In this document: in pieces, positions 45,699 to 55,139 of the stretch | Position numbering within the stretch: position 1 is the first letter of the stretch | How the letters are laid out: each line of letters starts with the position of its first letter | From: a virus | Lineage: Duplodnaviria > Caudoviricetes | DNA: 64,000 bases | Virus record (IMG/VR): IMGVR_UViG_3300023053_000001 | Span: 192,001 to 256,000 of that record | Reading direction: 5' to 3' (one strand) | The notes under the pieces: model-generated | The model's input: the letters and a program-made list of their open reading frames with translations, nothing else | Database searches by the model: none | What the model was told of the DNA's origin: nothing | Program-made: the position numbers and the translations under genes

Positions 45699-47108
45699 AT
45701 GGGTTTTTCACTGAAGATGACTAACCTTAACGAGGTCTACGCGACTTCGTCAACACCCCCGCTCTTGGTCAACAACTACAACATCTCAACCATTGAGGAC
45801 CGGGAGTCGCTCAATCGATTGATCTATACCCACTACGACGGTGATGTGCTGAACATCGTCCCGTCCTGTGAGTGTGGTGATCTTCGAGGCGAGTTCAACG
45901 TCGGCATCAAGTGCTCGGCGTGTGGTACCACGGTCATGGCGGTGACCGAAAGGCCGCTTGAGTCGGTTTTGTGGATGGCTCCGCCCAAGGGCGTGGCTAC
46001 CTTCATCAACCCGATGGCTTGGATTCAGCTGTCCAAGGCATTGACCTACAACAGCATCAACCTGCTCGAATACCTGGTCAACCCGACCATGGTCATCTCC
46101 GGTAACGTGCACAAGAACGTGCGCAAGCTGCAGGCGATGAATGTCGAGCGAGGCATCAACAGCTTCTATCGCAACTTCGACAGCATCATCCAGATGCTGG
46201 CCGACCAGAACATCATCAAGAACAAGAAAGAAGACATCTTGGCGATGGTTGCGATGTATCGCGAGTGCATTTTCTGCAAGTATCTCCCGATGCCGTCCAA
46301 GCTGGGCTTCATCACGGAGAAGACGGCGGTGAACAGCTATGCTGACACCACCATGCTGCTGGCAGTGGATGCGTTGCGTACGATTTCGGCAGTGGTCAAC
46401 TCCACCCGACCGCTGTCGCCCAAGGTAGTTCAGGCCCGCACCATGCAGGCCAATGCAATGCTCGCCCAGTATCACGACGCGTTCGCGCGTAAGTCGCTGG
46501 GCACCAAGGAAGGCTGGTACCGCTCGCAGGGTTTCGGCGCACGTCTGCACTTCTCCTTCCGCGCAGTGATCAACTCGCTGTCGGAGAACCATGACTACGA
46601 CGAATTGCATATCCCCTGGTCGGTGGCGATCATGGTGTTCAAGGTCCATCTGACGAACCGTCTGACAGCCTTGGCCAACTTCACGCCCAATGAGGTCAAC
46701 GAGTACCTGCATGAGCACATGCAGAAGTATTCCGAACTCATTGACACGATCTTCCAGGAACTGATCGCTGATTCGCCGTACGGCGGTATTCCGACGCTGT
46801 TCTCGCGTAACCCGACGTTGCAGCGTGGTTCGATGCAGCTGTTCCGCATCACCAAGGTCAAGACCGATCCGCACATCAACTCCGTGTCGATCTCCGTCCT
46901 GTGCCTGAAGGCGCCCAACGCCGACTTCGATGGCGATGCCCTCAACGGCATCGTAGTGCTGGATCGTCACATGTACGCCGCACTCTCACGTCTGGCTCCC
47001 CATGTGGCCATCCTGGATACGCGTACCCCACGCACGCTGTCCAAGAACGTCATCATCCCCGCCCCAGTGATCTCGACCACCATCGCGTGGTTGCACGAAG
47101 GCGAGTAG
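45699..47108 (+). CDS. non-virion RNA polymerase beta-prime N-terminal subunit (phiKZ gp55-like)
   Basis: Zn site CECG..CSACG, HFSFRAVI, RNPTLQRGS, catalytic NADFDGD; start 45699 preferred over 45690 on RBS spacing. Confidence 0.93.
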   Translation: MGFSLKMTNLNEVYATSSTPPLLVNNYNISTIEDRESLNRLIYTHYDGDVLNIVPSCECGDLRGEFNVGIKCSACGTTVMAVTERPLESVLWMAPPKGVATFINPMAWIQLSKALTYNSINLLEYLVNPTMVISGNVHKNVRKLQAMNVERGINSFYRNFDSIIQMLADQNIIKNKKEDILAMVAMYRECIFCKYLPMPSKLGFITEKTAVNSYADTTMLLAVDALRTISAVVNSTRPLSPKVVQARTMQANAMLAQYHDAFARKSLGTKEGWYRSQGFGARLHFSFRAVINSLSENHDYDELHIPWSVAIMVFKVHLTNRLTALANFTPNEVNEYLHEHMQKYSELIDTIFQELIADSPYGGIPTLFSRNPTLQRGSMQLFRITKVKTDPHINSVSISVLCLKAPNADFDGDALNGIVVLDRHMYAALSRLAPHVAILDTRTPRTLSKNVIIPAPVISTTIAWLHEGE

Positions 47109-47111
47109 TAC

Positions 47112-47140
47112 AGCGAGGCCACGGACGGGCCTCGCTTATA
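47112..47140 (+). terminator. hairpin
   Basis: AGCGAGGCC/GGCCTCGCT stem followed by TATA. Confidence 0.5.
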
Positions 47141-47191
47141 TCGCACAGTCCATCACCCTGATCCCATTCTCTTTTTCAAGGTTTCGCTACA

Positions 47192-47824
47192 ATGAGCATC
47201 GTCGACGAACTCGATCTGAACGGTAAGTTCCGCCTGGTCCTGATGGAAACCATCGACATCCCCGATCCGGCCCGCCATGAGAAGGCGCTCAACAGCTGCA
47301 ACGCCATCTCCGGCGCGCAGGTGCGCAAGCTGCTGGCCTACTTCAACCTGACCGACGAGGTCAAGCAGAAGGGCCTGAACAACCTGGAAGGCCTGTGGGG
47401 CGTGTTCCAGAGCGTGCGCAAGGCCCGCGGTACCGGCGAGTACATCCGCGACCAGATCCAGCTGGTGATCAACATCGGCGACACCCGCACCACCCGCATC
47501 TACGTGCGTGGCGTGCGTGACCGCAAGGAAGAAGTCCTGGCCGAGCTGGAAACCATCCGCGGCGCCGGCGATCTGCTGGAACTGCTGGGCCCGGTGGAAG
47601 CTGCGACCATCAACCGTCGCAAGTTCACCCCCCGGACCGACCGCAAGCCGGGCAACCACACCCCGCGTCCGGGCGGCAACGGCGGTCAGCGCAACTACAG
47701 CACCGATACCGGCCACAGCGAACGCCACCAGCCCTTCGATGGTCTGCGTGACAAGCTGCAGGGCCGTGGCCAGCGTGAGCGCGGCGACCGTCGCCAGAAC
47801 AACCGCAACTCCGCTCACGCGTAA
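47192..47824 (+). CDS. basic hypothetical protein with Arg/Gly/Gln-rich disordered tail (210 aa)
   Basis: Very strong codon bias; low-complexity C-terminal 70 aa. Confidence 0.8.
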   Translation: MSIVDELDLNGKFRLVLMETIDIPDPARHEKALNSCNAISGAQVRKLLAYFNLTDEVKQKGLNNLEGLWGVFQSVRKARGTGEYIRDQIQLVINIGDTRTTRIYVRGVRDRKEEVLAELETIRGAGDLLELLGPVEAATINRRKFTPRTDRKPGNHTPRPGGNGGQRNYSTDTGHSERHQPFDGLRDKLQGRGQRERGDRRQNNRNSAHA

Positions 47825-47940
47825 CGAAACATCTTACAGACCTACAATATCCACGGTAGGGTAAACCACCGCCAACGCATTGAGGTCTAACAGAGTTTCC
47901 ATTCACGTGAGCAGCCCGGTAGTATCGGGCAGGAGTTAAT

Positions 47941-48579
47941 ATGGCCCAGGTAATCAGTGGAGGTGAGCAGGGTTTCAACGCCCTCGCTTACGGGATGCCC
48001 CATCCGGGGACGATCGAATTCCTCCAGGGACAGATGTCGAATCTGACCCAGCGTCTCCAAGGCGCGCAAGACATCTTCATGCAGCACGCTCAGCAGGTGT
48101 ATGACCAGTTCTACAGTAGTGATGCCTTGCGTATCGCACGTGCAGCACTGCGCCATGTGGACACCATGTGGCAGAGCGACTCGATCCAGCTCTTGAGTGA
48201 GATCGGGCAGTTCCAGAACGCGCCGCTGAGCATGATCCCGTACATCATGGCAGAGCCGACCACCCGCGCACTGTACCACGCTCAGCGTATCGACGGTTAT
48301 TCGGAAGAGTACGTCGACATCGAGCCTGGTCTGGTGGGTGAGCAGCACTACCATTACCGTCGTGTCATGGACGGTGTGATCGTCATGAACGAGGACGACA
48401 GTCCCAATGCCCGCGAGTGGTATGCGGACACGTTCACCGACGAACTGATCGAAGGTGATGAGGATCTGACCATCGTGGATCAGAATGACATCCTCAATAG
48501 CTGGCAACATCAACGCTACTTCGCTTCGTGCGAAAATGGCGAGGACTACACCAGCAAATTCAACGCACGCATGGGGTAA
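47941..48579 (+). CDS. conserved protein (probably phiKZ gp59/Imp3-like)
   Basis: AGGAG RBS; YRRVMDG and EDYTS motifs; orthology from recalled synteny only. Confidence 0.6.
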   Translation: MAQVISGGEQGFNALAYGMPHPGTIEFLQGQMSNLTQRLQGAQDIFMQHAQQVYDQFYSSDALRIARAALRHVDTMWQSDSIQLLSEIGQFQNAPLSMIPYIMAEPTTRALYHAQRIDGYSEEYVDIEPGLVGEQHYHYRRVMDGVIVMNEDDSPNAREWYADTFTDELIEGDEDLTIVDQNDILNSWQHQRYFASCENGEDYTSKFNARMG

Positions 48580-48583
48580 CGGT

Positions 48584-48617
48584 AAGTCCCACCACTGTTC
48601 AGGCAGTGGTGGGATTT
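48584..48617 (+). terminator. intrinsic terminator
   Basis: AAGTCCCACCACTG/CAGTGGTGGGATTT stem, T-rich downstream. Confidence 0.7.
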
Positions 48618-48660
48618 TACTAGCCGGCTTTATTTTTTGTATTAGCCTCGGACTACGACC

Positions 48661-49077
48661 ATGGGACAGCCCGTACTCACCTTGTCGACCAAGGGTCTGC
48701 TGCAAGACCCCCAGAGTAAGGCTGATCGGCAGATGGCTTACTATCTGACGACCAACCACTCCCAGACCAACATGTTCCGCAACTCGATCCTTTCTCTGCC
48801 CAAGCGCATCGAGCAGTTTGAGGAAGACGTCGACTTGCTGTGTTCGCAGGTTCGCGAAGACCTGCAGAATCTGTACACGATCATCTTCGACGCCGTGCAA
48901 ATCACGGTGACGCCTTCGTACCCCAACAAGGAAGACCCCAACGAGGTCAACCTGACGGTTCTGGCCATGCTCACTGAGGATGGTGTGAACTACAGCTTGG
49001 GGCGCCTCATCAACGTGAAGGGTAACCGTACCTTCACTGTCATGTCCATCAACAACACAGGTAACGCTGCACCATGA
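48661..49077 (+). CDS. conserved phiKZ-like protein (138 aa), possible gp25-like baseplate fold
   Basis: TLSTKG..P..KAD..MAYY..TNHSQT motif recalled from a core family; fold is an inference. Confidence 0.6.
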   Translation: MGQPVLTLSTKGLLQDPQSKADRQMAYYLTTNHSQTNMFRNSILSLPKRIEQFEEDVDLLCSQVREDLQNLYTIIFDAVQITVTPSYPNKEDPNEVNLTVLAMLTEDGVNYSLGRLINVKGNRTFTVMSINNTGNAAP

Positions 49078-49769
49078 CTGCCATGAACATCGCCAACCTC
49101 GTCCGTACCGAAGCGGCACCGACGACCACCATCCCGGTGAACATCGCCACCGCCACTGCCCAGCCCGCACCGCCCGAGACCCCGGCCAGCGAAGCGCTGC
49201 CCACCAGCGAAATCCCGGCTGCGCCCAAGTCGCCGGCCAACCGCATCGAAGCGCTGCTGGTGGATGTGCGCGAGCAGCTGCTGAACGTGCAGGGCGATGG
49301 TTTCATCACCGTGGTGGCCTCCAAGGTCGTCCAGCTGCTGATGAGCGAAGATCGCCTGAAGTACGCCGTCGAGCAGGTCATGGCCGAAATGACCCGCGAA
49401 AAGGCCAACGCCAACCTGCCGGTCGAAATCCCGGCCGGTATCCAGGAAGCACTGGCGGCCGCTGTGCCGGCACCGACCCCGGACGTGCCGGTCGAAGCCG
49501 ATCCGTCGCTGGTCTTCACCGTCATCGCCAATCCGACGCAGCACCCGTTCGACACCCTGCTGGTGTTCTCCCCGACCATCGGCGCGGACCTGTCGCCCAG
49601 CTCGATCGACGTCAGCGTCTGGTCGGTCGATGACCACGGCGATACCCATCCGACCAAGCTGACCCCGAGCTACCACGCCGCGCTGCTGGCCTACTACAAG
49701 ACCAATAGCGCCCAGTTCGGCTTCGGCCAGCACTACGTGGTGCAGATGGGCCTGCGCAAGCCGGGTTGA
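49074..49769 (+). CDS. hypothetical protein (231 aa), Ala/Pro-rich
   Basis: ATGA overlap; strong codon bias. Confidence 0.75.
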   Translation: MTAMNIANLVRTEAAPTTTIPVNIATATAQPAPPETPASEALPTSEIPAAPKSPANRIEALLVDVREQLLNVQGDGFITVVASKVVQLLMSEDRLKYAVEQVMAEMTREKANANLPVEIPAGIQEALAAAVPAPTPDVPVEADPSLVFTVIANPTQHPFDTLLVFSPTIGADLSPSSIDVSVWSVDDHGDTHPTKLTPSYHAALLAYYKTNSAQFGFGQHYVVQMGLRKPG

Positions 49770-49772
49770 TCG

Positions 49773-50348
49773 ATGAGCAACGAGCCCAAAATCTCCGAGT
49801 CGCAGAAGCTCAACGGCCCTGCGCTGGACATGGCGCTCGATGACATCCTCCGACTGTCCAAAGAAGACGTGCCGCGGCTGCCCGCGGCCGCCTTCATTGC
49901 ACTGATCCTCACCCCGCTCACCGAGCGGAACATTCCGCTGTTCCGGGAAAACTGGATGCGGATTGCCGGGGCGCTCCAGCGCCCCATTGAGGTAGTGGAT
50001 GCGTCGGGGGAATCGATCCATCGTGCGCCCTCCATCGTGATGCAGATTCCGGCACGCGTGTCTGAAAGTCATCGGGACTCCCTGTCGGAGATCTCCGAGC
50101 AGGCTGCCAAATACTCCGAATACAACGGACGTATGGGGCAGATGTACATGGCTGACAACATGCGCGGTCGGAACATTCCTGTCATTGGCCACCTCCAGAC
50201 GATGCTGGACTGGAATGTGTTGGCCCAGAAGCTTGATCAACCTGCGCCCTTTGCTGGACTGGCGGAGGTCAAGACCTCTTCCTCTTCCACCGGTGCAGTC
50301 AGTGATGATGCGCCCATGTTCACCCAGAGCGCTGATGAAGACTTCTGA
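49773..50348 (+). CDS. conserved hypothetical protein (191 aa) upstream of the nuclease
   Basis: WMRIAG...IEVVD..G....RAP motif; synteny. Confidence 0.7.
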   Translation: MSNEPKISESQKLNGPALDMALDDILRLSKEDVPRLPAAAFIALILTPLTERNIPLFRENWMRIAGALQRPIEVVDASGESIHRAPSIVMQIPARVSESHRDSLSEISEQAAKYSEYNGRMGQMYMADNMRGRNIPVIGHLQTMLDWNVLAQKLDQPAPFAGLAEVKTSSSSTGAVSDDAPMFTQSADEDF

Positions 50349-51477
50349 AATCGACGTAACTGAACTGGCGTCCGCAGTGCGTAAATCGCTGCGGACGCTC
50401 AGCGTCAGCGATGCACATCTCGGGCATCGTAAAACCCCAACCGAGTTCATCATTGCCAACCTGGATCGGGACTTCGCACCCGGTGCATGGTGGGACGATG
50501 TGGATGTGTTGTTCTTCGTTGGCGATCTGTTTGACCGGGGCTTGACTGCCTATGACCCGCAGCTGTTCATGATTACTGCGTGGTTCAGGCGGATCTTGCG
50601 TACGGCCAAAAAGCACAACGTCATCGTACGTGCCGTGGAAGGTACTCCGCTCCATGAGTGGGGTCAGTCGCGCTGGATGGAAGAAGCCAACGCCGGTATC
50701 GGTGCAGACTTCAAATGGGTGAAGACCCTGAGCATCGAGCATATCGACCAACTGGGCATTGACGTGCTCTACGTTCCCGATGAGTGGAAACCGAACCCGG
50801 ACGATGTGTGGAAGGATGTGGTACGAGCGCTGGACGATGCGGGCTTGCAGCAGGTGGATTACACCTTGTTCCATGCCACGTTCGATCATCAGCTCCCGGA
50901 CATTGACATCCCCAAACATGTCTCCAAGCGGTATCAGGAGATCACTCGCCGCTATGTGTTCTCTGGTCACATCCACCAGAGTTCGCGCAACGGCAATATC
51001 CTGTGTAATGGTTCTTATGACCGCATCTCGCACGGCGAGGAAGGGCCTAAGGGCTTCTGGGATGTGACGTGGAACAACGGGCGTGACAAGATCACGTTCG
51101 TGGAAAACACCGGCGCCATGATCTACAAGACGTACGACTGCACCGACAAGTCGATGCCTGAGATCTTGGCACATCTCAAAGATGCTGCTAATTTGCCGCA
51201 GAACAGCCATGCGCGTATCAAGGCCCGTCGGAGCGATCCGATCCTGGCCAGCATGCAAGAGGTCAAGAGTATGTACCCGCACCTCTACTGGTCTGAAAAG
51301 ACGGTGGACGCCAAGGACCTACAGAAGACCATGTTGGTGGACAAGCGTTCAGAATTCCGGCAGGTCCAGCTCACTGAGCAGAACTTGCCTGAACTGTTGC
51401 TGGCGCGCATCAGCGCCAAGACCACTGACCCCATCTTGCTGCAGCGCTGCAAGGAACTGCTGGCGGAGAACTGCTGA
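50335..51477 (+). CDS. sbcD: SbcD/Mre11-like metallophosphoesterase nuclease (phiKZ gp65-like)
   Basis: SDAHLG, VGDLFD, EGTPLHE, FHATF, SGHIH motifs; ATG 50335. Confidence 0.9.
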   Translation: MKTSEIDVTELASAVRKSLRTLSVSDAHLGHRKTPTEFIIANLDRDFAPGAWWDDVDVLFFVGDLFDRGLTAYDPQLFMITAWFRRILRTAKKHNVIVRAVEGTPLHEWGQSRWMEEANAGIGADFKWVKTLSIEHIDQLGIDVLYVPDEWKPNPDDVWKDVVRALDDAGLQQVDYTLFHATFDHQLPDIDIPKHVSKRYQEITRRYVFSGHIHQSSRNGNILCNGSYDRISHGEEGPKGFWDVTWNNGRDKITFVENTGAMIYKTYDCTDKSMPEILAHLKDAANLPQNSHARIKARRSDPILASMQEVKSMYPHLYWSEKTVDAKDLQKTMLVDKRSEFRQVQLTEQNLPELLLARISAKTTDPILLQRCKELLAENC

Positions 51478-52325
51478 TGAACGATAAGCTGCTCGCCCTG
51501 ATTGATGGGCGGGAAAAGGGAGCGGTGCCGGTTTCGATCGGCACCTCCCTGGCCCTTGAAGGGGCGTTTGGCGAGTACCCGGATCGTCCGGTCTCCCCTG
51601 CGCCCATCCTTAAAGTCAAAGAAGTCTGGTTCAATGTACGCACCGTTATCCGAAACCTCATAGAAGCCATTCCTACTGATCAGCGCGAGGCGCTGACCGC
51701 GGAGGCGCTATGGCCGGCCTTGGTTGAGGAGATGACCATTATCGATGCTGCGGTGGTCCGCGGATCGACGGGTCTGACGCGTGCTGTGTTCTACCTGAAC
51801 AACTACCTGCACCTGCAGCGAAAGTTCCCCCGTGCCATCTTGCGTCACGCCCACACTCCCAAGCAGGTCTTCATGGCCAGCATGGAAGATAAGCTGTTGC
51901 GTATGTTGGCCAAAGATCCGGTGTCTGTTGATTATCGTACGTTCCGCACGCACGAGATCGATGGGCAGCATCCGGAAAGCTTCATCGTGACCCACTATCC
52001 TGTCGATTTGCTCTCCCGGTACTCGTTCAAGAACTTGGAACTGCTCGAATCCCACACCGGGGCTATCAAGCCCTATTCGGAGTGGCATACCAAGCTCACC
52101 AACGGGAACGCCTTGGAGAACCTGCCGTTCTGTCCTCTGACCCTGCAATTGTTCGGTGACAAGGGGAATCACTTCTCCTCGATGCCGACCAAGATCAGGC
52201 AGCAGATTTTGGACATTGCCGATGCCGATCATTGGTCATCGGTCACCACCCGCGACAAGATTGTCCTGTCGATGCGCCGGATCGCACACCCGGCTGACAA
52301 GGCGATCTTGATGGCGATGCTGTAA
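51477..52325 (+). CDS. conserved protein (phiKZ gp66-like)
   Basis: TGATG overlap; SIGTSLALE, NVRTVIRN, LLESHTG, LFGD motifs; synteny. Confidence 0.65.
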   Translation: MNDKLLALIDGREKGAVPVSIGTSLALEGAFGEYPDRPVSPAPILKVKEVWFNVRTVIRNLIEAIPTDQREALTAEALWPALVEEMTIIDAAVVRGSTGLTRAVFYLNNYLHLQRKFPRAILRHAHTPKQVFMASMEDKLLRMLAKDPVSVDYRTFRTHEIDGQHPESFIVTHYPVDLLSRYSFKNLELLESHTGAIKPYSEWHTKLTNGNALENLPFCPLTLQLFGDKGNHFSSMPTKIRQQILDIADADHWSSVTTRDKIVLSMRRIAHPADKAILMAML

Positions 52326-52372
52326 TTCTTGACCCATCGTATTCATTAGTTGTACTGCACCAAGGACCTGAC

Positions 52373-53119
52373 ATGAGCTACAACCAACAGGGTGGCCAGC
52401 GCCCCCCGCGTAAACTGACCATCCTCGACGATTTCCGCATGCGTCTGGTCGGTCCGGTCGCCAATGGCGGCGAGCGCCCCGTGACCCTCGTCTGCACCGT
52501 CAAGAAGAACCGTCCGGTCATCGTGGTCAAGACCAACGTGCCCGGCGACAAGCAGTTCGGCCAGATCCAGGCCGAATGGCCCGATGCCATGAGCTTCGAG
52601 ATGTTCCTCGAAGAACTCGAGAACGCCGACAAGATCGAAGCGACCAAGCGTACGGCCGGCAAGATCTCCGACTTCCCCTTCCAGCAGGGTGGTCGTTCCA
52701 AGGAACTGAAGCTGGCAGCCACGGCCTTCGTCGGCCGCGAACAGGACGGTACGGTGTACATCGCCGTGGTCTCCTGGGACCAGTCGCGCCCGGTCGTCAA
52801 GATCCCGGTGCGCCCCAGCCAGTACATGAACTGGATCGGTCCGGACGGCCAGCCGCTGTCGGCTGAAGCGGCCAGCCTGCGCTTCGCCCGTGCCTACGCG
52901 CGCACCGTGCGTGGCATCATGCACCAGGTCCTGATCAACGAGTACGAGCCGCCGGCTCCGCGTCCGCAGAACGGCGGCGGTGGTGGCGGTTACGGTGGTG
53001 GCGGTGGTGGCGGTGGCTACCAGAACCAGAACCGTGGCGGCGGCCAGCAGCAGTCGGGCGGTGGTGGCGGTGGTGGTAACAGCGACGCCGGCCTCGGCGG
53101 CGACGAATGGCCGATGTAA
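52373..53119 (+). CDS. chmC: ChmC-like nucleus-associated nucleic-acid-binding protein (phiKZ gp67/Imp6-like)
   Basis: Folded core plus Gly/Gln/Asn-rich tail ending in DEWPM; directly upstream of gp68- and PicA-like genes. Confidence 0.75.
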   Translation: MSYNQQGGQRPPRKLTILDDFRMRLVGPVANGGERPVTLVCTVKKNRPVIVVKTNVPGDKQFGQIQAEWPDAMSFEMFLEELENADKIEATKRTAGKISDFPFQQGGRSKELKLAATAFVGREQDGTVYIAVVSWDQSRPVVKIPVRPSQYMNWIGPDGQPLSAEAASLRFARAYARTVRGIMHQVLINEYEPPAPRPQNGGGGGGYGGGGGGGGYQNQNRGGGQQQSGGGGGGGNSDAGLGGDEWPM

Positions 53120-53124
53120 TTCGG

Positions 53125-53165
53125 CTGGCATAAAAGCCGGGCTCCGTAATGGAGCCCGGTTTCCT
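53125..53165. terminator. hairpin with TATGCC on the minus side
   Basis: GCCGGGCTCC/GGAGCCCGGT stem, GGCATAAAA on the left, TTTCC on the right. Confidence 0.7.
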
Positions 53166-53190
53166 ATTTAACTCTGGGGAGAGTCCAACT

Positions 53191-53457
53191 GTGTTCTTTC
53201 TTGCATGCCTTGGCTTTGCAACTGCTGTCAATGCGTTAACCTACCTATACCTGCGTCTGAATCGTTATCGATTCAGGCGGGGTGAGAACCTGTGTGTGGT
53301 AATCACTACCATGCTGATTTGGATACCAATGCTGATGGGGGCGAACGCCGGCTCTAAGAGCGTCATGGCGATGGCGCTATGGGTATTGGTGACTGTGGGC
53401 AATCTGGTGCTTTACCTCAAATACATGCACCGCAATCATCAGACTGCCGTGAGTTGA
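53191..53457 (+). CDS. small membrane protein, about 3 TM helices
   Basis: GGAGAG RBS before GTG 53191; three hydrophobic stretches; AT-richer codons. Confidence 0.45.
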   Translation: MFFLACLGFATAVNALTYLYLRLNRYRFRRGENLCVVITTMLIWIPMLMGANAGSKSVMAMALWVLVTVGNLVLYLKYMHRNHQTAVS

Positions 53458-53474
53458 TCCAAAAATAACTCAGT

Positions 53475-53492
53475 CACTTATTATCCCTTAGT
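53475..53492 (+). promoter_or_regulatory. putative early-type promoter motif upstream of the gp68-like gene
   Basis: CACTTATTATCCCTTAGT preceded by AAAAATAACTC; 19/23 identical to 58647-58669. Confidence 0.65.
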
Positions 53493-53524
53493 GAGCCCAG
53501 CGCTTACGAGTAATTGGAGTCCCC

Positions 53525-55117
53525 ATGAAGATTGAGATTTTGACCGAAAACGGGGCATCGCCACGTGTAGTTACCGTATCCCATCAAAAGCGTAATGCGG
53601 ATGGCTCGGTGGATACGGTGTCCCTGGAATTCAACATCAGCACGTACACCAAAACCTCGGATCGCTCCGAGTCGGTGGACACGACCAAGATGTTCAACGA
53701 GATCAATTCCTACTTGGCCACCCGGCCGCAGCAGGAACTCGATGCCATCATGAGCGTGTATGAACGTGCGCACGAAGTGTTCCAGCATCAGTACGAGCTG
53801 AGCGCTTTGGAAAAGACGCTGCAGAAGTTGACCCAGGAACTGGACAGTTACCTGGACCTCAAAGCGATCCGCGACTGGGTCGTGTTCCATTCCAAGATCG
53901 GTATTCCGGCCTCGGTCCATGAGACCTACGCCGACAACGACATGCAGGACTACGTGGATCGCACGTACGTCCGCAAGGACTATCTGGACTTGGTCGCCAT
54001 GACCATTGCTCTGCGTCCGATGGTGCCGATCTGGGGCGAGTACATCGCCATGAATGAAACGGTGACCGGCAGTAACATGAAGGAGAACGTGGCCTTCATG
54101 CTGCTGTACTACACCAAGCTGGTGGTCAGTGAACCGATGGAGCGCCTGCGCCGTTACGTGGCAGCCACCATTGCCAACTCCAAGGAGAACACCGTCAATG
54201 CGGCGGCGATTCTGACCACCCTGGGTTCGACCAGCACGCCGGACTGGGTGACCTCGCTGGCCGTGGTGCGTCGACTGGCCATTGGTGAGATCACCATCAC
54301 CGATGACAACTCCTCCATCGTGACCAACATCTTCCAGTACATCGGAAACACCCTGCGCTCGCTGGACCGCAAGTTCGGTAAGCAGTTCGGTGGTAAGGTC
54401 ACGGACAAGTCCGATGTGACGCCCGGTCGCGGTGGGTCGGATGAACAATCCGTCTCGGCACCGGAACGTTACAAGGTCAAGCAGGTCGTGGCCGATGGCG
54501 ACATCGTCGCATTGTCGGTCTACACCGAAGACGTGCATGGCATGGTGGCACGTATTGACGATACGGTTCCCAAGGAACTGATCGACCAGTGCCTGAAGTG
54601 CGTGTCTGTCTTGGAGCATGAAGCCATCCGCCGACATCAGGTTACGCTGGTGCAGTGGGTGCTGAAGAATGCCCTGCCTGCCCACAGCGGCGATTCTCTG
54701 GACAAGCCGGCCATCATGCGTGCGATGGCAGCTACCCAGGCTTTGCTGTGGCACTGGCAGTTCTTCGACCTGGCGGCGTTGACCACCGCAACCCCGCTGC
54801 CGATCACCGGCGGTTACGGTTTCGGCAGCAATGACAACAAGGGTCGGTTCCCCAAGGAAATCGTGGAACGCTTCACCGAGATGTACCCGCATCAGCGCAA
54901 CGGACAGGGCAAACAAGCCAGCTCGTGGCGCATGAACAATGCCGGTGCAGTGGCCATCGATACCTTCCAAGAGTTGATCGCTCCGCATGACTGGCGACTC
55001 CACTGCCCGCAGGAACTCATGGTGCGCACCAACCGCATCGAGAACCAACGCAGGATGGTGGTGCCTGGCGATGTCCATAGCCAGTTGGCCCGCATGCTCA
55101 TTCGCATCCATCAATAA
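53525..55117 (+). CDS. non-virion RNA polymerase fifth (sigma-like) subunit (phiKZ gp68-like)
   Basis: 530 aa; TYVRKDYLDL..LRPMVPIWGEY motif; synteny between chmC and picA. Confidence 0.85.
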   Translation: MKIEILTENGASPRVVTVSHQKRNADGSVDTVSLEFNISTYTKTSDRSESVDTTKMFNEINSYLATRPQQELDAIMSVYERAHEVFQHQYELSALEKTLQKLTQELDSYLDLKAIRDWVVFHSKIGIPASVHETYADNDMQDYVDRTYVRKDYLDLVAMTIALRPMVPIWGEYIAMNETVTGSNMKENVAFMLLYYTKLVVSEPMERLRRYVAATIANSKENTVNAAAILTTLGSTSTPDWVTSLAVVRRLAIGEITITDDNSSIVTNIFQYIGNTLRSLDRKFGKQFGGKVTDKSDVTPGRGGSDEQSVSAPERYKVKQVVADGDIVALSVYTEDVHGMVARIDDTVPKELIDQCLKCVSVLEHEAIRRHQVTLVQWVLKNALPAHSGDSLDKPAIMRAMAATQALLWHWQFFDLAALTTATPLPITGGYGFGSNDNKGRFPKEIVERFTEMYPHQRNGQGKQASSWRMNNAGAVAIDTFQELIAPHDWRLHCPQELMVRTNRIENQRRMVVPGDVHSQLARMLIRIHQ

Positions 55118-55139
55118 CTAACCATAGCGAATCTCTCCA

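Noticed and set aside
52975-53085. GGT/GGC tandem repeats as a DNA-level repeat or DGR-like element
   Set aside because: Explained by the poly-Gly coding tail; no reverse transcriptase or template/variable repeat pair.
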